Numbered from the stretch's first letter, positions 27,880 to 37,231 are shown. The stretch: 64,000 nt of DNA from Patescibacteria group bacterium (GCA_041738615.1 JBGSPL010000004.1:129203-193202), one strand, 5' to 3'. Numbers and translations: made by a program. The notes: generated by a model not told the origin, from the letters alone.

Positions 27880-28059
27880 ATGACAAAGAACTTTTTACTT
27901 GTTCTCGGAGTTGTAATCCTACTCATGGGCGTTTGGGGCCTGCTAGCTGCATATTCTACAGATCTAGCTTTTGGTCTACCTGTTGACCCATGGTGGCACG
28001 CACTCGTAAAGGTCGTTCTGGGTGGCGCTGCAACATATGTAGCCTATACAGAAAAATAA
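27880..28059 (+). CDS. 59-aa 2-TM membrane protein (MTKNFLLVLG...), not in ORF track
   Basis: GGGGGA SD-like sequence, TATAAT upstream, two hydrophobic helices. Confidence 0.65.
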   Translation: MTKNFLLVLGVVILLMGVWGLLAAYSTDLAFGLPVDPWWHALVKVVLGGAATYVAYTEK

Positions 28060-28191
28060 TCTCTAGTTGATCTGTCTTGATAGGAAGGGCAATATAGCCC
28101 TTCCTTTTGTATAGTATGAATAGTATGTATTGACATACTTTCTTCCCTTTGAGAAAATATATCCAACGATAAAACATAAGTAGGGAGAATC

Positions 28192-29868
28192 ATGACAACA
28201 ATAAATCAGAAATCATGTGAAGAACCGAAAAAAGAAGGCTTCTTTCGCAAGTGGGGCCCAGTATTTGTCCTAAGTCTTGCCTTGGCGATTATTCTTATCG
28301 ATGCAACACTGCTGAATGTTTCACTCGCTACTTTGGTAAAGGACCTAAATACTGATATCCAGAGCCTGCAATGGGTGATTACCGCCTATTCCCTCACGAT
28401 TGCAGCACTTACTATCACGGGTGGCCGTCTCGGTGACCTCTTTGGGCGTAAGAAGATGTTCGTTGTCGGTGCAGTACTTTTTGCCATTGGTTCGTTCATT
28501 GCTAGTATTGCTGGAAACGTAAGCACAATGATTATCGGGGAATCCATCATTGAAGGTGTTGGTGCAGCGCTGATGATGCCTGCTACGGCATCTCTACTGG
28601 TTTCCAAATATAAAGGAAGAGATCGCGGCATAGCCTTTGGTATTTGGGGCGGCGTCGCAGCGGCATCTACAGCCATTGGACCACTACTTGGTGGCTGGCT
28701 CACAACGAACTACAGCTGGAGATACGGTTTCCGCATCAATGTTGCCGTAGCGGCACTGCTTATCCTTGGTTCATACATCATCACCGAGTGTCGTGACACC
28801 GAGGAGAAGCCAACCCTCGACTGGACCGGCGTAATCCTCTCTTCGCTCGGGATGTTTTCTCTTGTATTCGGAATTATCGAGTCTTCTACTTATGGTTGGT
28901 GGGGAGCAAAGAAAGCCTTTGAGTTTGCGAGTAAAACGTATACATTCGCTTGGGACCTCTCGATCGTACCATTTGCCCTCCTTTTTGGCGCCTTGTTACT
29001 TACGTTGTTTCTCATTTGGGAGCGCAGAATTGAGAGAGTGGGCAAGACACCGCTAGTTTCTCTACACATTTTCAGTAATCGCCAGTTTGTTTCTAGCGTG
29101 ATTACGACAGCTATCCTTTCCTTGGGTCAATCTGGACTTATATTCTCCATCCCGGTTTTCTTGCAAGCAGTACGTGGCGAGGACGCTTTCCATACCGGTC
29201 TTGCCATGGTACCAATGTCGATAACGGCGCTAGTAGTGGCACCTATTGGGGGGTTTTTGGCGCATAAGTATTCCCCAAAACTCTTGGTTCAGCTTGGACT
29301 AGTTGCGACCACAGTTGCCTACATTGTGCTTTACAATACGCTCCAAGTAAGTAGTGTAGCATGGGACTTTGCTCCGGCCTTTGTACTTATGGGTCTAGGC
29401 ATGGGGCTCACTATGGCATCCATCAGCAACATGGCGCTTTCCGCAGTCTCTGTGGAGCAATCTGGGGAGGCCTCCGGGGTGAATAATACATTTCGTCAGG
29501 TGGGGGCGACCCTGGGTACTGCCATAATTGGCGCGGTTATGCTTACAGCAATTTCCACCAATCTCTCAGCTGGAATCGCGAATAGTAAGGTTATCCCACA
29601 AAAACTAAAGGCCACAGCCGACGAGATGGTTTCCAAGCAGACATCAGCCGTAGAGTTTGGCGGTGGCGCTAAACTCCCAGGATTCATACCCAAAAACATA
29701 TCAGAAGAAATCACCGTAATTAGTAAAAAGGCGATTACGGATGCGAATAAGGAAGCGCTGAGCTATGCAATTATCTTTGCCTTTGTCGGTCTGCTTTCTT
29801 CTTTCTGGTTGCCAAAGGGTAATAATGTCGAAACAGAACAAAACTTAGCATCGGCTAAGGTAAGCTAA
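28192..29868 (+). CDS. MFS transporter, DHA2 (EmrB/QacA-like, about 14 TM)
   Basis: DATLLNV, GGRLGDLFGRKK, GPLLGG, ASGVNNTFRQVG motifs. Confidence 0.9.
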   Translation: MTTINQKSCEEPKKEGFFRKWGPVFVLSLALAIILIDATLLNVSLATLVKDLNTDIQSLQWVITAYSLTIAALTITGGRLGDLFGRKKMFVVGAVLFAIGSFIASIAGNVSTMIIGESIIEGVGAALMMPATASLLVSKYKGRDRGIAFGIWGGVAAASTAIGPLLGGWLTTNYSWRYGFRINVAVAALLILGSYIITECRDTEEKPTLDWTGVILSSLGMFSLVFGIIESSTYGWWGAKKAFEFASKTYTFAWDLSIVPFALLFGALLLTLFLIWERRIERVGKTPLVSLHIFSNRQFVSSVITTAILSLGQSGLIFSIPVFLQAVRGEDAFHTGLAMVPMSITALVVAPIGGFLAHKYSPKLLVQLGLVATTVAYIVLYNTLQVSSVAWDFAPAFVLMGLGMGLTMASISNMALSAVSVEQSGEASGVNNTFRQVGATLGTAIIGAVMLTAISTNLSAGIANSKVIPQKLKATADEMVSKQTSAVEFGGGAKLPGFIPKNISEEITVISKKAITDANKEALSYAIIFAFVGLLSSFWLPKGNNVETEQNLASAKVS

Positions 29869-29879
29869 GGAGAAAGACG

Positions 29880-30101
29880 ATGTTTCACAAAAAACCTAAA
29901 ATGTACGGCGTATCCTCCCTTGGTGAGCGAGGACAGATTGTAATCCCTGCAAAAATGAGGGACGAGATGAACCTTGAGAAAGGCGACAACTTCGTCTTTG
30001 TTTCCAAGGGTAATTTCATCGGCCTGATTCGGGAAGACGATATGACAGGATTCTTGAGGGAAATGCTGGGGCAGATCGAAGATTTCAAGAAGGATAAATA
30101 G
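29880..30101 (+). CDS. AbrB/MazE/SpoVT-family DNA-binding protein
   Basis: GERGQIVIP...R...L..GD motif. Confidence 0.85.
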   Translation: MFHKKPKMYGVSSLGERGQIVIPAKMRDEMNLEKGDNFVFVSKGNFIGLIREDDMTGFLREMLGQIEDFKKDK

Positions 30102-30130
30102 CAAAAAGCCGGGATTATCCGGCTTTTTGC
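30101..30130. terminator. Intrinsic (bidirectional-looking) terminator
   Basis: GCAAAAAGCCGG...CCGGCTTTTTGC. Confidence 0.75.
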
Positions 30131-30142
30131 TATAATAGATCC

Positions 30143-30616
30143 ATGCGAAGAGATGAAAAGTGGCTATTTCAGCAATTGGATGAGGTGTGGGACACCTATT
30201 TTTCCGATGTCGCGCAAGATAATGACGTACAGATAGTTTGGGGCCGCAGAGCTAGGCAGCGTATGGGTAGCATCAAGCAAGGAGAAAAAATCAGGGGGAA
30301 ACATCCGGAAACTATCATCACCATCAATTCTCTTTTTAAAGATACATTTATTCCTGAATTCGTAGTCATTGCCACGATTGCTCACGAGCTGGCTCACTAC
30401 GCGCATGGTTTCCACTCTCCATTGGAGCGGAAATATTCCAAGCCGCATGAGGGAGGTATAGTTCACAGGGAGCTTGCGGTGCGAGGCGTCGATAAACTCG
30501 AGAGGATGCAAAAAAAGTGGCTCAAAGATAATTGGCGTGAATACCTCGAGAAAAACTTGCCCAGAAAAACAGTTCCTAGCAAGGTTAAACGAAAAGTAAT
30601 AATTCGCTGGATCTAG
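30143..30616 (+). CDS. SprT-like zinc metalloprotease-domain protein
   Basis: HELAH motif and downstream PH. Confidence 0.7.
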   Translation: MRRDEKWLFQQLDEVWDTYFSDVAQDNDVQIVWGRRARQRMGSIKQGEKIRGKHPETIITINSLFKDTFIPEFVVIATIAHELAHYAHGFHSPLERKYSKPHEGGIVHRELAVRGVDKLERMQKKWLKDNWREYLEKNLPRKTVPSKVKRKVIIRWI

Positions 30617-30621
30617 AGCCC

Positions 30622-31587
30622 CTAGAAGTGAGGCAGCGTAAAATCTTGCTTTGAGTACTCGATGGAACCTGCTAGGGCCTTTGCAAAAGTTATGTCTATA
30701 TCACTGAGACGCCTGAGTTTGTCGCCCTGTAAAACCAGTGGGTCGACATAGCGTGCTTTTTTCTGAATTGTTCGAGTGTCTCGCAGCTTTGGTTCTACCA
30801 ATGCTAGCTGTTCGAGGCAGAAAACTATCTCGTCGTCGTCGCTCCCTGAAAGTACTTCCAATATCCAGTCTTCATCCTTGTCCCAGAAATCTGTTTTCTT
30901 AAGGATTCCGAGATCCATCCCTCGCTTCAGTGCGTCGCCGAGTAGGGTGAAGCGAACCTTGGAAAGGTCGGATCCCCAGTTCGTACTTTGTAAGTGAAGG
31001 TACATATCGGCAAACATCTTAGCGGTTTTTTTATCATTAAAGACAATCCCCTCCTTCGAGGGTTGCATCGAGTTTACGATAAAGGCAATGTCTTTATCTG
31101 TACCGTCCGTGGCAATTTCCCTGAGGGTGTAGTCTATGCGGTCTGCACAAAGGTCTGGCAGCTCTAGCTCCAACAGGATGTGGCGTGGATTATGATCGAT
31201 GTCCTCTAGGGTTTTGCCATATTTCTTGAGTATGGCGGGAATGGAGCTTTTCTCGAGATACTTCTTTTGGATGTTGTCTTGGTAGTCCTCATTACCCGAT
31301 TTGCCTTCGCCAAAAACCCAGTCCGAGACGTGGGAGAAGGCAGAATGTGCGGCATCGTGAATAAGACCCGCGGCTTGTTCCGCAAGAGTAGCTCCGAGAC
31401 GACGAAGTAGTAGCATCACGCCGATACTATGATCGTAGCGGCTAAAGTTTTTCTTGTGATGATACCTGTCGGGAATACCATACTGTGAGACTCGTTTTAG
31501 GCGCTCTAGTTCTGGTGAGCCGATGATATCGAGTAAGAGCGGCTCGGTAACTTCGAAGGAACCATATACAAGATCATCTATCTTCAT
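30622..31587 (-). CDS. HD-domain phosphohydrolase
   Basis: SRYDHSIG, LIHD, FSH, ADRIDY motifs. Confidence 0.85.
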   Translation of the reverse strand: MKIDDLVYGSFEVTEPLLLDIIGSPELERLKRVSQYGIPDRYHHKKNFSRYDHSIGVMLLLRRLGATLAEQAAGLIHDAAHSAFSHVSDWVFGEGKSGNEDYQDNIQKKYLEKSSIPAILKKYGKTLEDIDHNPRHILLELELPDLCADRIDYTLREIATDGTDKDIAFIVNSMQPSKEGIVFNDKKTAKMFADMYLHLQSTNWGSDLSKVRFTLLGDALKRGMDLGILKKTDFWDKDEDWILEVLSGSDDDEIVFCLEQLALVEPKLRDTRTIQKKARYVDPLVLQGDKLRRLSDIDITFAKALAGSIEYSKQDFTLPHF

Positions 31588-31620
31588 GCTGATATTATAG
31601 CAGGATATCGGGAAAATATA

Positions 31621-31639
31621 TTATCCACAGTTTTCCACA
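31621..31639 (+). promoter_or_regulatory. Two tandem DnaA-box-like 9-mers
   Basis: TTATCCACA (perfect) and TTTTCCACA (one mismatch). Confidence 0.45.
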
Positions 31640-31714
31640 CAACAAAAGTGTTGTGCTTTTATTTGATACCGATTATAATCCGTCGCACCGTTACTTTACT
31701 GGTATAATATCATT

Positions 31715-32293
31715 ATGGTTATATATAATTCATTCAAGAATCCGAAACTCTCCGAGCTCATTAGGGCCGGTGGCATTGGCGTGATTCCAACTGACACGAT
31801 CTATGGCATCGTCTGTTCAGCCTTTGACCAGGAGGCAGTAGATGCGCTTTTCGCGATCAAGGGGCGCAGCAAGGGCAAACCTCCGATAATTCTTATCTCG
31901 CAACTTAGCGACATCGGTAAGTTTGGCGTGAAACTAACGCCTGGAACCAGAGAAACGCTGGGAAACATTTGGCCAGGTAGGGTAAGTGTTGTCTTGCCAT
32001 ATACCGGTAAGAAACTAGGATACCTGTCCCGTGGTCAAGACTCGCTCACCTTTCGTCTACCAGAAGACACCAAGCTTCTTGCGCTACTTCGGCAGACGGG
32101 ACCACTGGTGGCACCTAGTGCCAACCCTCAGGCCCAAGATCCGGCACGGGACATCGACGAGATTATGACTTACTTCGTAGGCCAGATTGATTTTGCGGTG
32201 GACGGTGGCTATATTGAAGGGAATTCTTCTACTCTAGTTCGGCTAACTGATGGCAAGATCGAAGTATTGAGACAGGGTGATGTCCAAGTCTGA
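31715..32293 (+). CDS. tsaC: L-threonylcarbamoyladenylate synthase (Sua5/YrdC/TsaC family)
   Basis: PTDTIYG, KGR...KP, PSAN, SSTLV motifs. Confidence 0.88.
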   Translation: MVIYNSFKNPKLSELIRAGGIGVIPTDTIYGIVCSAFDQEAVDALFAIKGRSKGKPPIILISQLSDIGKFGVKLTPGTRETLGNIWPGRVSVVLPYTGKKLGYLSRGQDSLTFRLPEDTKLLALLRQTGPLVAPSANPQAQDPARDIDEIMTYFVGQIDFAVDGGYIEGNSSTLVRLTDGKIEVLRQGDVQV

Positions 32294-32585
32294 CCTTTGC
32301 GACCAGATCTATGAGCTCGTTTGCCAAATTCCTCTGGACCGAGTGGTTACTTATGGCGATTTAGCAAAAATAGTAGGCGTAAATCCTCGATATATCGGGT
32401 ATGTTTTGCATAACAATCCGGCCCCAGGCAAAGTACCCTGCCATCGCGTTGTTAATTCCCAGGGCAGATTGGCTGCGAACTTTGCATTTGGTGGTGGACT
32501 CGCTCAACAGAAATTATTAGAGAGCGAAGGTATTGTCTTTTGTAATTCTAAGTTGGATCTAAATATTTACAGATATACTTTTTGA
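32280..32585 (+). CDS. MGMT/Ogt C-terminal-domain protein
   Basis: VVTYGDLA and PCHRVV motifs. Confidence 0.85.
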   Translation: MSKSDLCDQIYELVCQIPLDRVVTYGDLAKIVGVNPRYIGYVLHNNPAPGKVPCHRVVNSQGRLAANFAFGGGLAQQKLLESEGIVFCNSKLDLNIYRYTF

Positions 32586-32648
32586 AAACGCAGATTATCC
32601 AAAGAGAGTATAATATAGGTAGGGCTTAGCTAACAGAAAGGGGATAAG

Positions 32649-32795
32649 ATGAAGATTTCTAAAGGTCGGGGGATTCAGTTTTTTAGGCACCCTTTCTTCA
32701 ATAGCCAAAAACTTAATTTTGGCAATATCTATACCGGGAGCAAACAACGGCTCGGAAAAGTTTTTGGTTTTGTGAACAAGAAAATCAACAAATGA
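32649..32795 (+). CDS. 48-aa basic peptide (MKISKGRG...), not in ORF track
   Basis: AAAGGGGA SD-like sequence; TGA overlaps the next ATG (ATGA). Confidence 0.45.
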   Translation: MKISKGRGIQFFRHPFFNSQKLNFGNIYTGSKQRLGKVFGFVNKKINK

Positions 32796-33259
32796 TAGAA
32801 AAGCATCTGACACTTTCAGTTATCGAACATGAGGGAAGGGTGCTCTTGGGGCTTAAAAAACGCGGCTACGCAGTTGGTGTTTGGAACGGCTATGGAGGCA
32901 AGGTAGAGCCAGGCGAAACCACGGAAGAGGCTATGATTCGTGAACTTCGTGAGGAGTCGTCGCTGGTAGCGGAGAACATGGAGAAGGTCGGGTATCTAGA
33001 ATTTACCTCTGATATCGAGGAGGGCAAGTCGGTTTGCCACCTCTTTAAGATTAATGAATTTCAAGGTAAACCCAGAGAAACCGAAGAGATGCGACCGCAG
33101 TGGTTCGCTATGGACTCTTTGCCATATGATCAAATGTGGCCCGACGACCCATACTGGCTGCCTCTGGTTCTTGCTGGGAAAAAGGTTCGCGGCAGCTTTG
33201 TACTTCGGGATAATAAAACCGTAGTTGAATCTGAACTTGCCGAGGTGGATTCATTTTAG
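32792..33259 (+). CDS. NUDIX hydrolase, 8-oxo-dGTPase (MTH1-like)
   Basis: KKRG..WNGYGGKVE..RELREE and MWPDD motifs. Confidence 0.88.
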   Translation: MIEKHLTLSVIEHEGRVLLGLKKRGYAVGVWNGYGGKVEPGETTEEAMIRELREESSLVAENMEKVGYLEFTSDIEEGKSVCHLFKINEFQGKPRETEEMRPQWFAMDSLPYDQMWPDDPYWLPLVLAGKKVRGSFVLRDNKTVVESELAEVDSF

Positions 33260-33299
33260 GCCCTGAAAATGCTATGATGTTTGGGCACAGGAGGATACT

Positions 33300-33944
33300 T
33301 TGGAATCTTTCAAGAAATTCCGTTTAGAATTACTCGTTACATTGCTGCTGACGGCTGCGCCTATAGTAATGTGGCTATTGATGAAGCCTATATCGGCTAG
33401 AGTTTCTAGTTCATTTATGGTCTGGACTTCGGCCGGTCAACTCACAGCACTTATTGGTATGACCATGGTGTCGCTTTCAATGTTATTTCAAGTTCGCCAC
33501 AGGTGGGTGTGTGGGATTATGTCGCGTCCAACCACTCTTTCTAATTTGCATCATTACCTAGGTCTGTGGGGACTATTTTTCCTAATATCACACCCGCTAC
33601 TTTTAGCGATAAAGTACATCCCGATATCGTTAAAACTATCAGCCGACTTTCTTTTTACCAGAGATATTGTTAATCTAGCGGGTTTGGTTGCCCTAATACT
33701 TATGATGGTGGCAGTCTATGTGACACTATTTGTTGAAAGAACCTTTAGATTCTGGAAACTTTTTCACCAGCTTCTCCTAGTTTCGTATCTTTTTATACTT
33801 TATCACCTACTATTTGTGTCTAGCGACATCACCTTGAACATGCCACTTCGAATTTATGTTCTGGGGTTAGCGGCAATTGGTGGTTTGTCTTTTGCGATTC
33901 AAAAAACAATTTTCTACATTGGAAAGATGCAACCAACGCAATGA
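33300..33944 (+). CDS. Ferric-reductase-like transmembrane domain protein
   Basis: About 6 TM with His residues in LHHYLG, SHP, FHQ, YHL. Confidence 0.7.
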   Translation: MESFKKFRLELLVTLLLTAAPIVMWLLMKPISARVSSSFMVWTSAGQLTALIGMTMVSLSMLFQVRHRWVCGIMSRPTTLSNLHHYLGLWGLFFLISHPLLLAIKYIPISLKLSADFLFTRDIVNLAGLVALILMMVAVYVTLFVERTFRFWKLFHQLLLVSYLFILYHLLFVSSDITLNMPLRIYVLGLAAIGGLSFAIQKTIFYIGKMQPTQ

Positions 33945-34273
33945 AAAAAGTGATTATTTTGTCAATAATTATTGCGTTTGGGTCATTGACGGCTATAGCT
34001 GTCAGTTCTTGGCTTTTAGATAGGTATGGGAATACAAAAACGATAAAGGTCCAGACAATTACTGTAAAGAAACCTGTGGCAAAGCCCAAGGAGCCTACAA
34101 GTACCTCTTCCCAGGTCTCAGCAAACGACCAGGACGACACTGTTATTTTGACAGAACCGCCTTATCAGACGACCGTTACCAAAAGTCCCGTTGGACAGAC
34201 GGTTACGCCCACACGTAACACTGGGAATGAAGATGAAGATGAAAAGGGAGAGACAGAAATTGATGATGACTAA
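33941..34273 (+). CDS. Membrane-anchored low-complexity protein
   Basis: N-terminal TM, Thr/Pro-rich region and acidic tail; overlaps both neighbours. Confidence 0.55.
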   Translation: MKKVIILSIIIAFGSLTAIAVSSWLLDRYGNTKTIKVQTITVKKPVAKPKEPTSTSSQVSANDQDDTVILTEPPYQTTVTKSPVGQTVTPTRNTGNEDEDEKGETEIDDD

Positions 34274-34778
34274 GAACCTTCACAAGAATCTATATATTAT
34301 ATTTACCTTTGTTTTTGTATTTGGAATGGTTTCCATAGGCATAGCAGGATTTTTTGACAAAAGTATCCTTCAGAAAGTTGTAAAAACTATTGTTATCGAG
34401 GAGCCACATGAACAGATTGAAACAATACCTGCTAGCACTGGCACTTCTTCCGCGGTTTCTAGTACGGTTTCGAATGACTCTAATGGGAATGCGGTATCTG
34501 TCAATACGAGCCCTGGTACAAGCTCCAATGCGACTTCGTCTACACCAACACCAGTTGCTACCCCATCAGGCTACACAGCTGCGCAAGTGGCGGCACATAA
34601 TTCTCAAGGGAACTGTTGGATCATAGTCTCGGGAGTGGTTTATGACCTGTCGAGCTATCGTCATAGTGGACCCCAGAGTCATATATCTTGCGGCGGAGAT
34701 AATACTAGCGCTCTGACATCTGCTCACGGTAGCCTGTCATTTGTCAGCTTTTTTACCAAATTAGGTAATCTTATATAA
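34266..34778 (+). CDS. Membrane-anchored cytochrome b5-like heme/steroid-binding protein
   Basis: YTAAQVAAHN..CW....VYDL..Y.H...CG.D.T....H motif. Confidence 0.8.
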   Translation: MTKNLHKNLYIIFTFVFVFGMVSIGIAGFFDKSILQKVVKTIVIEEPHEQIETIPASTGTSSAVSSTVSNDSNGNAVSVNTSPGTSSNATSSTPTPVATPSGYTAAQVAAHNSQGNCWIIVSGVVYDLSSYRHSGPQSHISCGGDNTSALTSAHGSLSFVSFFTKLGNLI

Positions 34779-34791
34779 TAAAGGAGTAAAA

Positions 34792-35091
34792 ATGAGTGAT
34801 CACGGCAATTTTACATCGGACGAGGCAAAGAAAATCGGGGAGGTCCTAGGTGTGGATTGGAGCAAATGGGATGTAGAGCAATTCCGAATGGGTATGGACG
34901 TAGAGCTCGAACACGGTAATGTAGATCCACATACCAATGTCACAGACAATGATCCACTACTAACCGGGAAAATTGCACTAGCACATTTGAACGAGATCCC
35001 AGACTATTACACTCGCCTTGAAGCCATGGAAAAAGAAGGTGAAGCATACTGGGATTCAAAGAACGACGTAAGTGGGGAGGTAACCAAATGA
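34792..35091 (+). CDS. DUF5661-like protein
   Basis: GMDVELEHG...KIALAHLNEIPDYYTRL motif. Confidence 0.75.
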   Translation: MSDHGNFTSDEAKKIGEVLGVDWSKWDVEQFRMGMDVELEHGNVDPHTNVTDNDPLLTGKIALAHLNEIPDYYTRLEAMEKEGEAYWDSKNDVSGEVTK

Positions 35092-35600
35092 AAGCATTTG
35101 TCCCAGAATTAGTGGAGTTACCAGACCGAAAAATGGTTACCGTAACTTCTCATGGAAATCCAAATAAAGTAATGGAGCCATACATGAAGGCACTTTATGG
35201 CGGTGTCTATTCGGCAAAAATGGGAGTCTACAAGCCTCAAGGAATAAAGATGGAACTCGGCAAGCTTACAGCAAAGTGGCCCGATGCCCATTTAAAACCC
35301 AAGGAAGAGTGGACGGGTATTTGGGCAGTGCCAGTACCTGAATATGTCACTTTGGGAGATATTACTCAGAAGGACGCAAGTATACCTGTCAATGTAGAGG
35401 TTTGGCCCGGCGGTACATATGCGCAGATACTTCACATAGGTACCTATGCCGAAGAGGCCCCCACTATTGCAACTTTGCATAAATTCATCGAAGAACAAGG
35501 GATAGAGATGAAGGACGTAATCGGTCTTCATGAGGAAGATTATCTGACAAAGCCGGATTCCAAGGTAGTGAAAACCATTATTCGTTACAGAATAAAGTGA
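35088..35600 (+). CDS. GyrI-like small-molecule-binding protein
   Basis: QILHIGTY.EE...HEEDYL..P...KTIIR motif. Confidence 0.8.
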   Translation: MKAFVPELVELPDRKMVTVTSHGNPNKVMEPYMKALYGGVYSAKMGVYKPQGIKMELGKLTAKWPDAHLKPKEEWTGIWAVPVPEYVTLGDITQKDASIPVNVEVWPGGTYAQILHIGTYAEEAPTIATLHKFIEEQGIEMKDVIGLHEEDYLTKPDSKVVKTIIRYRIK

Positions 35601-35625
35601 TATAATTAGCTCGCAAGGAGGACCA

Positions 35626-36171
35626 ATGAAAAAAGCATTAATCATTTTAGGGACGACGGGGCTATTAGTTGCAAGCGTTGCGGCAGCAAAGGTTGATACC
35701 TCGGCACTAAAGGTGCAACGAGCGGCAAATGCACAGGTAAAATGTGATTTTATCGAAACAAATGTGGCGCGTAAGGTTACGAAATTTGAAACAAATAGAA
35801 ACAAGCATGTAACTTCGTATATCAAGACCAAGGAGAGGGTGGCAGCGCTGGTTACAAAGCTAGAAGCTAAGGGCTACGATGTTACAAAGCTCAAGGCTGA
35901 TCTTACTGAGTATGACGCAAAGATAAAGAAATTCTCCGACGATCACGTTGCTTATGTAGCAGCGCTTACTAGCACCCAAGAGTTTGCTTGTGGTAAAAGT
36001 GAAGGTGAGTTCAAAAGTCAGTTAGCCGCAGCAAGGGCAGTACTAAAGACGGTGCATGACGATTCTGTAGCGATTCGTACCTATTGGGCAGAGACAGTGA
36101 AGCCAGACATTTTGGCCCTAAAGGCACAGAAAATCACCGAGAAAACCAAGACAGTAGGAGGGACAGAGTAA
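35626..36171 (+). CDS. Secreted helical protein
   Basis: AAGGAGG SD, signal peptide, two Cys, coiled-coil character. Confidence 0.75.
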   Translation: MKKALIILGTTGLLVASVAAAKVDTSALKVQRAANAQVKCDFIETNVARKVTKFETNRNKHVTSYIKTKERVAALVTKLEAKGYDVTKLKADLTEYDAKIKKFSDDHVAYVAALTSTQEFACGKSEGEFKSQLAAARAVLKTVHDDSVAIRTYWAETVKPDILALKAQKITEKTKTVGGTE

Positions 36172-36503
36172 TGGTAGAAAATACCCCACTTCACAAACAC
36201 GAACACCCACTCTATCAATGGATTGCGCTGTTCGCCTCTGTGGCAATTATTCTAGCTTTGGCTGGATGGTACGCGTTGACATATCAGTCTACAGTCGAAG
36301 ATGATGCTCTGGCTACCGTTGAGTCCGCTTATAGTGCGACTTTGCACAAGGGTACCAAGACCACAACTGCAACAACTACAACAGCCAGTACAACTGGAGC
36401 AGAAATTGATGCGCAGGTGTCGGCGATCAATAATGAGACCAACTCGGTTTCTAGTGATGATTTCTCGGATAATAAACTGGATAACACCGCCCTCGGTTTA
36501 TAG
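36171..36503 (+). CDS. Single-TM Thr-rich protein
   Basis: ATG overlaps the previous stop; terminator at about 36520-36547. Confidence 0.65.
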   Translation: MVENTPLHKHEHPLYQWIALFASVAIILALAGWYALTYQSTVEDDALATVESAYSATLHKGTKTTTATTTTASTTGAEIDAQVSAINNETNSVSSDDFSDNKLDNTALGL

Positions 36504-36558
36504 TAGAGTGAGTAGAAACAAAAAGGCGGCGGCAAGCCGCTTTTTTGATATATGAGTG

Positions 36559-36586
36559 TTGACAAAAGCGGATAAAGGTGTATAAT
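36559..36586 (+). promoter_or_regulatory. Near-consensus sigma70 promoter (islet E)
   Basis: TTGACA-16-TATAAT. Confidence 0.75.
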
Positions 36587-36676
36587 ATTACGATAACTCA
36601 GGAAACATGTTTCCTTTGTGTCGTACCGCGGCCACGTGTCGCATACAATCCACGTACAATAGCCTGGGAGGCTTCC

Positions 36677-36811
36677 ATGGAATCAATCTTGGCTGATTAC
36701 TTTCGTGAGCGCTTGAGGGTTTCCTTGAGGGCACTCTACTTCATAGGCGTGTTCCTTCTCTTTTTGGGGGAAGCGCTCGTGGAGGACGCCTTGCGTCCTT
36801 TCAAGTTGTAG
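36677..36811 (+). CDS. 44-aa hydrophobic peptide (MESILADYFRERL...)
   Basis: GGGAGG SD before ATG 36677. Confidence 0.5.
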   Translation: MESILADYFRERLRVSLRALYFIGVFLLFLGEALVEDALRPFKL

Positions 36812-36918
36812 TCCATCGGGGACAATACGCAACTAGGACCCCGTTAGACGACCGCAGCCGGACGGTTTCCGGAAGGTTCCCCTCCCTCGTTGGAGGGGTC
36901 GAGCAAGGAGGTATCTCC

Positions 36919-37035
36919 ATGAAGGTCACTCGCAACGCAGTCGCCGTTCGCGGCACCCCGGTCGTCGGCAGCATCGGTCATACTTCAATTGATTCCGTCG
37001 CCAACGGCGCGCGCGCCGGCACGGGCCTGCTCTAG
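36919..37035 (+). CDS. 38-aa Gly/Ala/Val-rich peptide (MKVTRNAVAVRGTPVVGSIG...), not in ORF track
   Basis: Perfect AAGGAGGT SD with normal spacing. Confidence 0.55.
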   Translation: MKVTRNAVAVRGTPVVGSIGHTSIDSVANGARAGTGLL

Positions 37036-37148
37036 GGCCCGGTCGTCTAGCCTCGGATCGTAGCTCCCGTAGGACGGGAGATCTGAGGCGCCAGCACTGT
37101 CCCCAGGTTTCAGACCAGGAACTCTCTTGGGGCGAAGCACTTGTACGT

Positions 37149-37231
37149 GGGAAAATGGGGTCGGTATGACTCACGTCTCGGTTGCCAACGACGGGCAACA
37201 GGCGTGGGTCGTACCGGCCCTTTCCCTTTTG
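37149..37231 (+). terminator. Very long hairpin with U tail ending islet E
   Basis: 21-bp stem 37158-37178 / 37200-37220 with four G-U pairs, inner hairpin, then TTTCCCTTTT. Confidence 0.65.

Noticed and set aside
31621-31714. Replication origin
   Set aside because: Only two DnaA-like boxes and no dnaA/dnaN nearby
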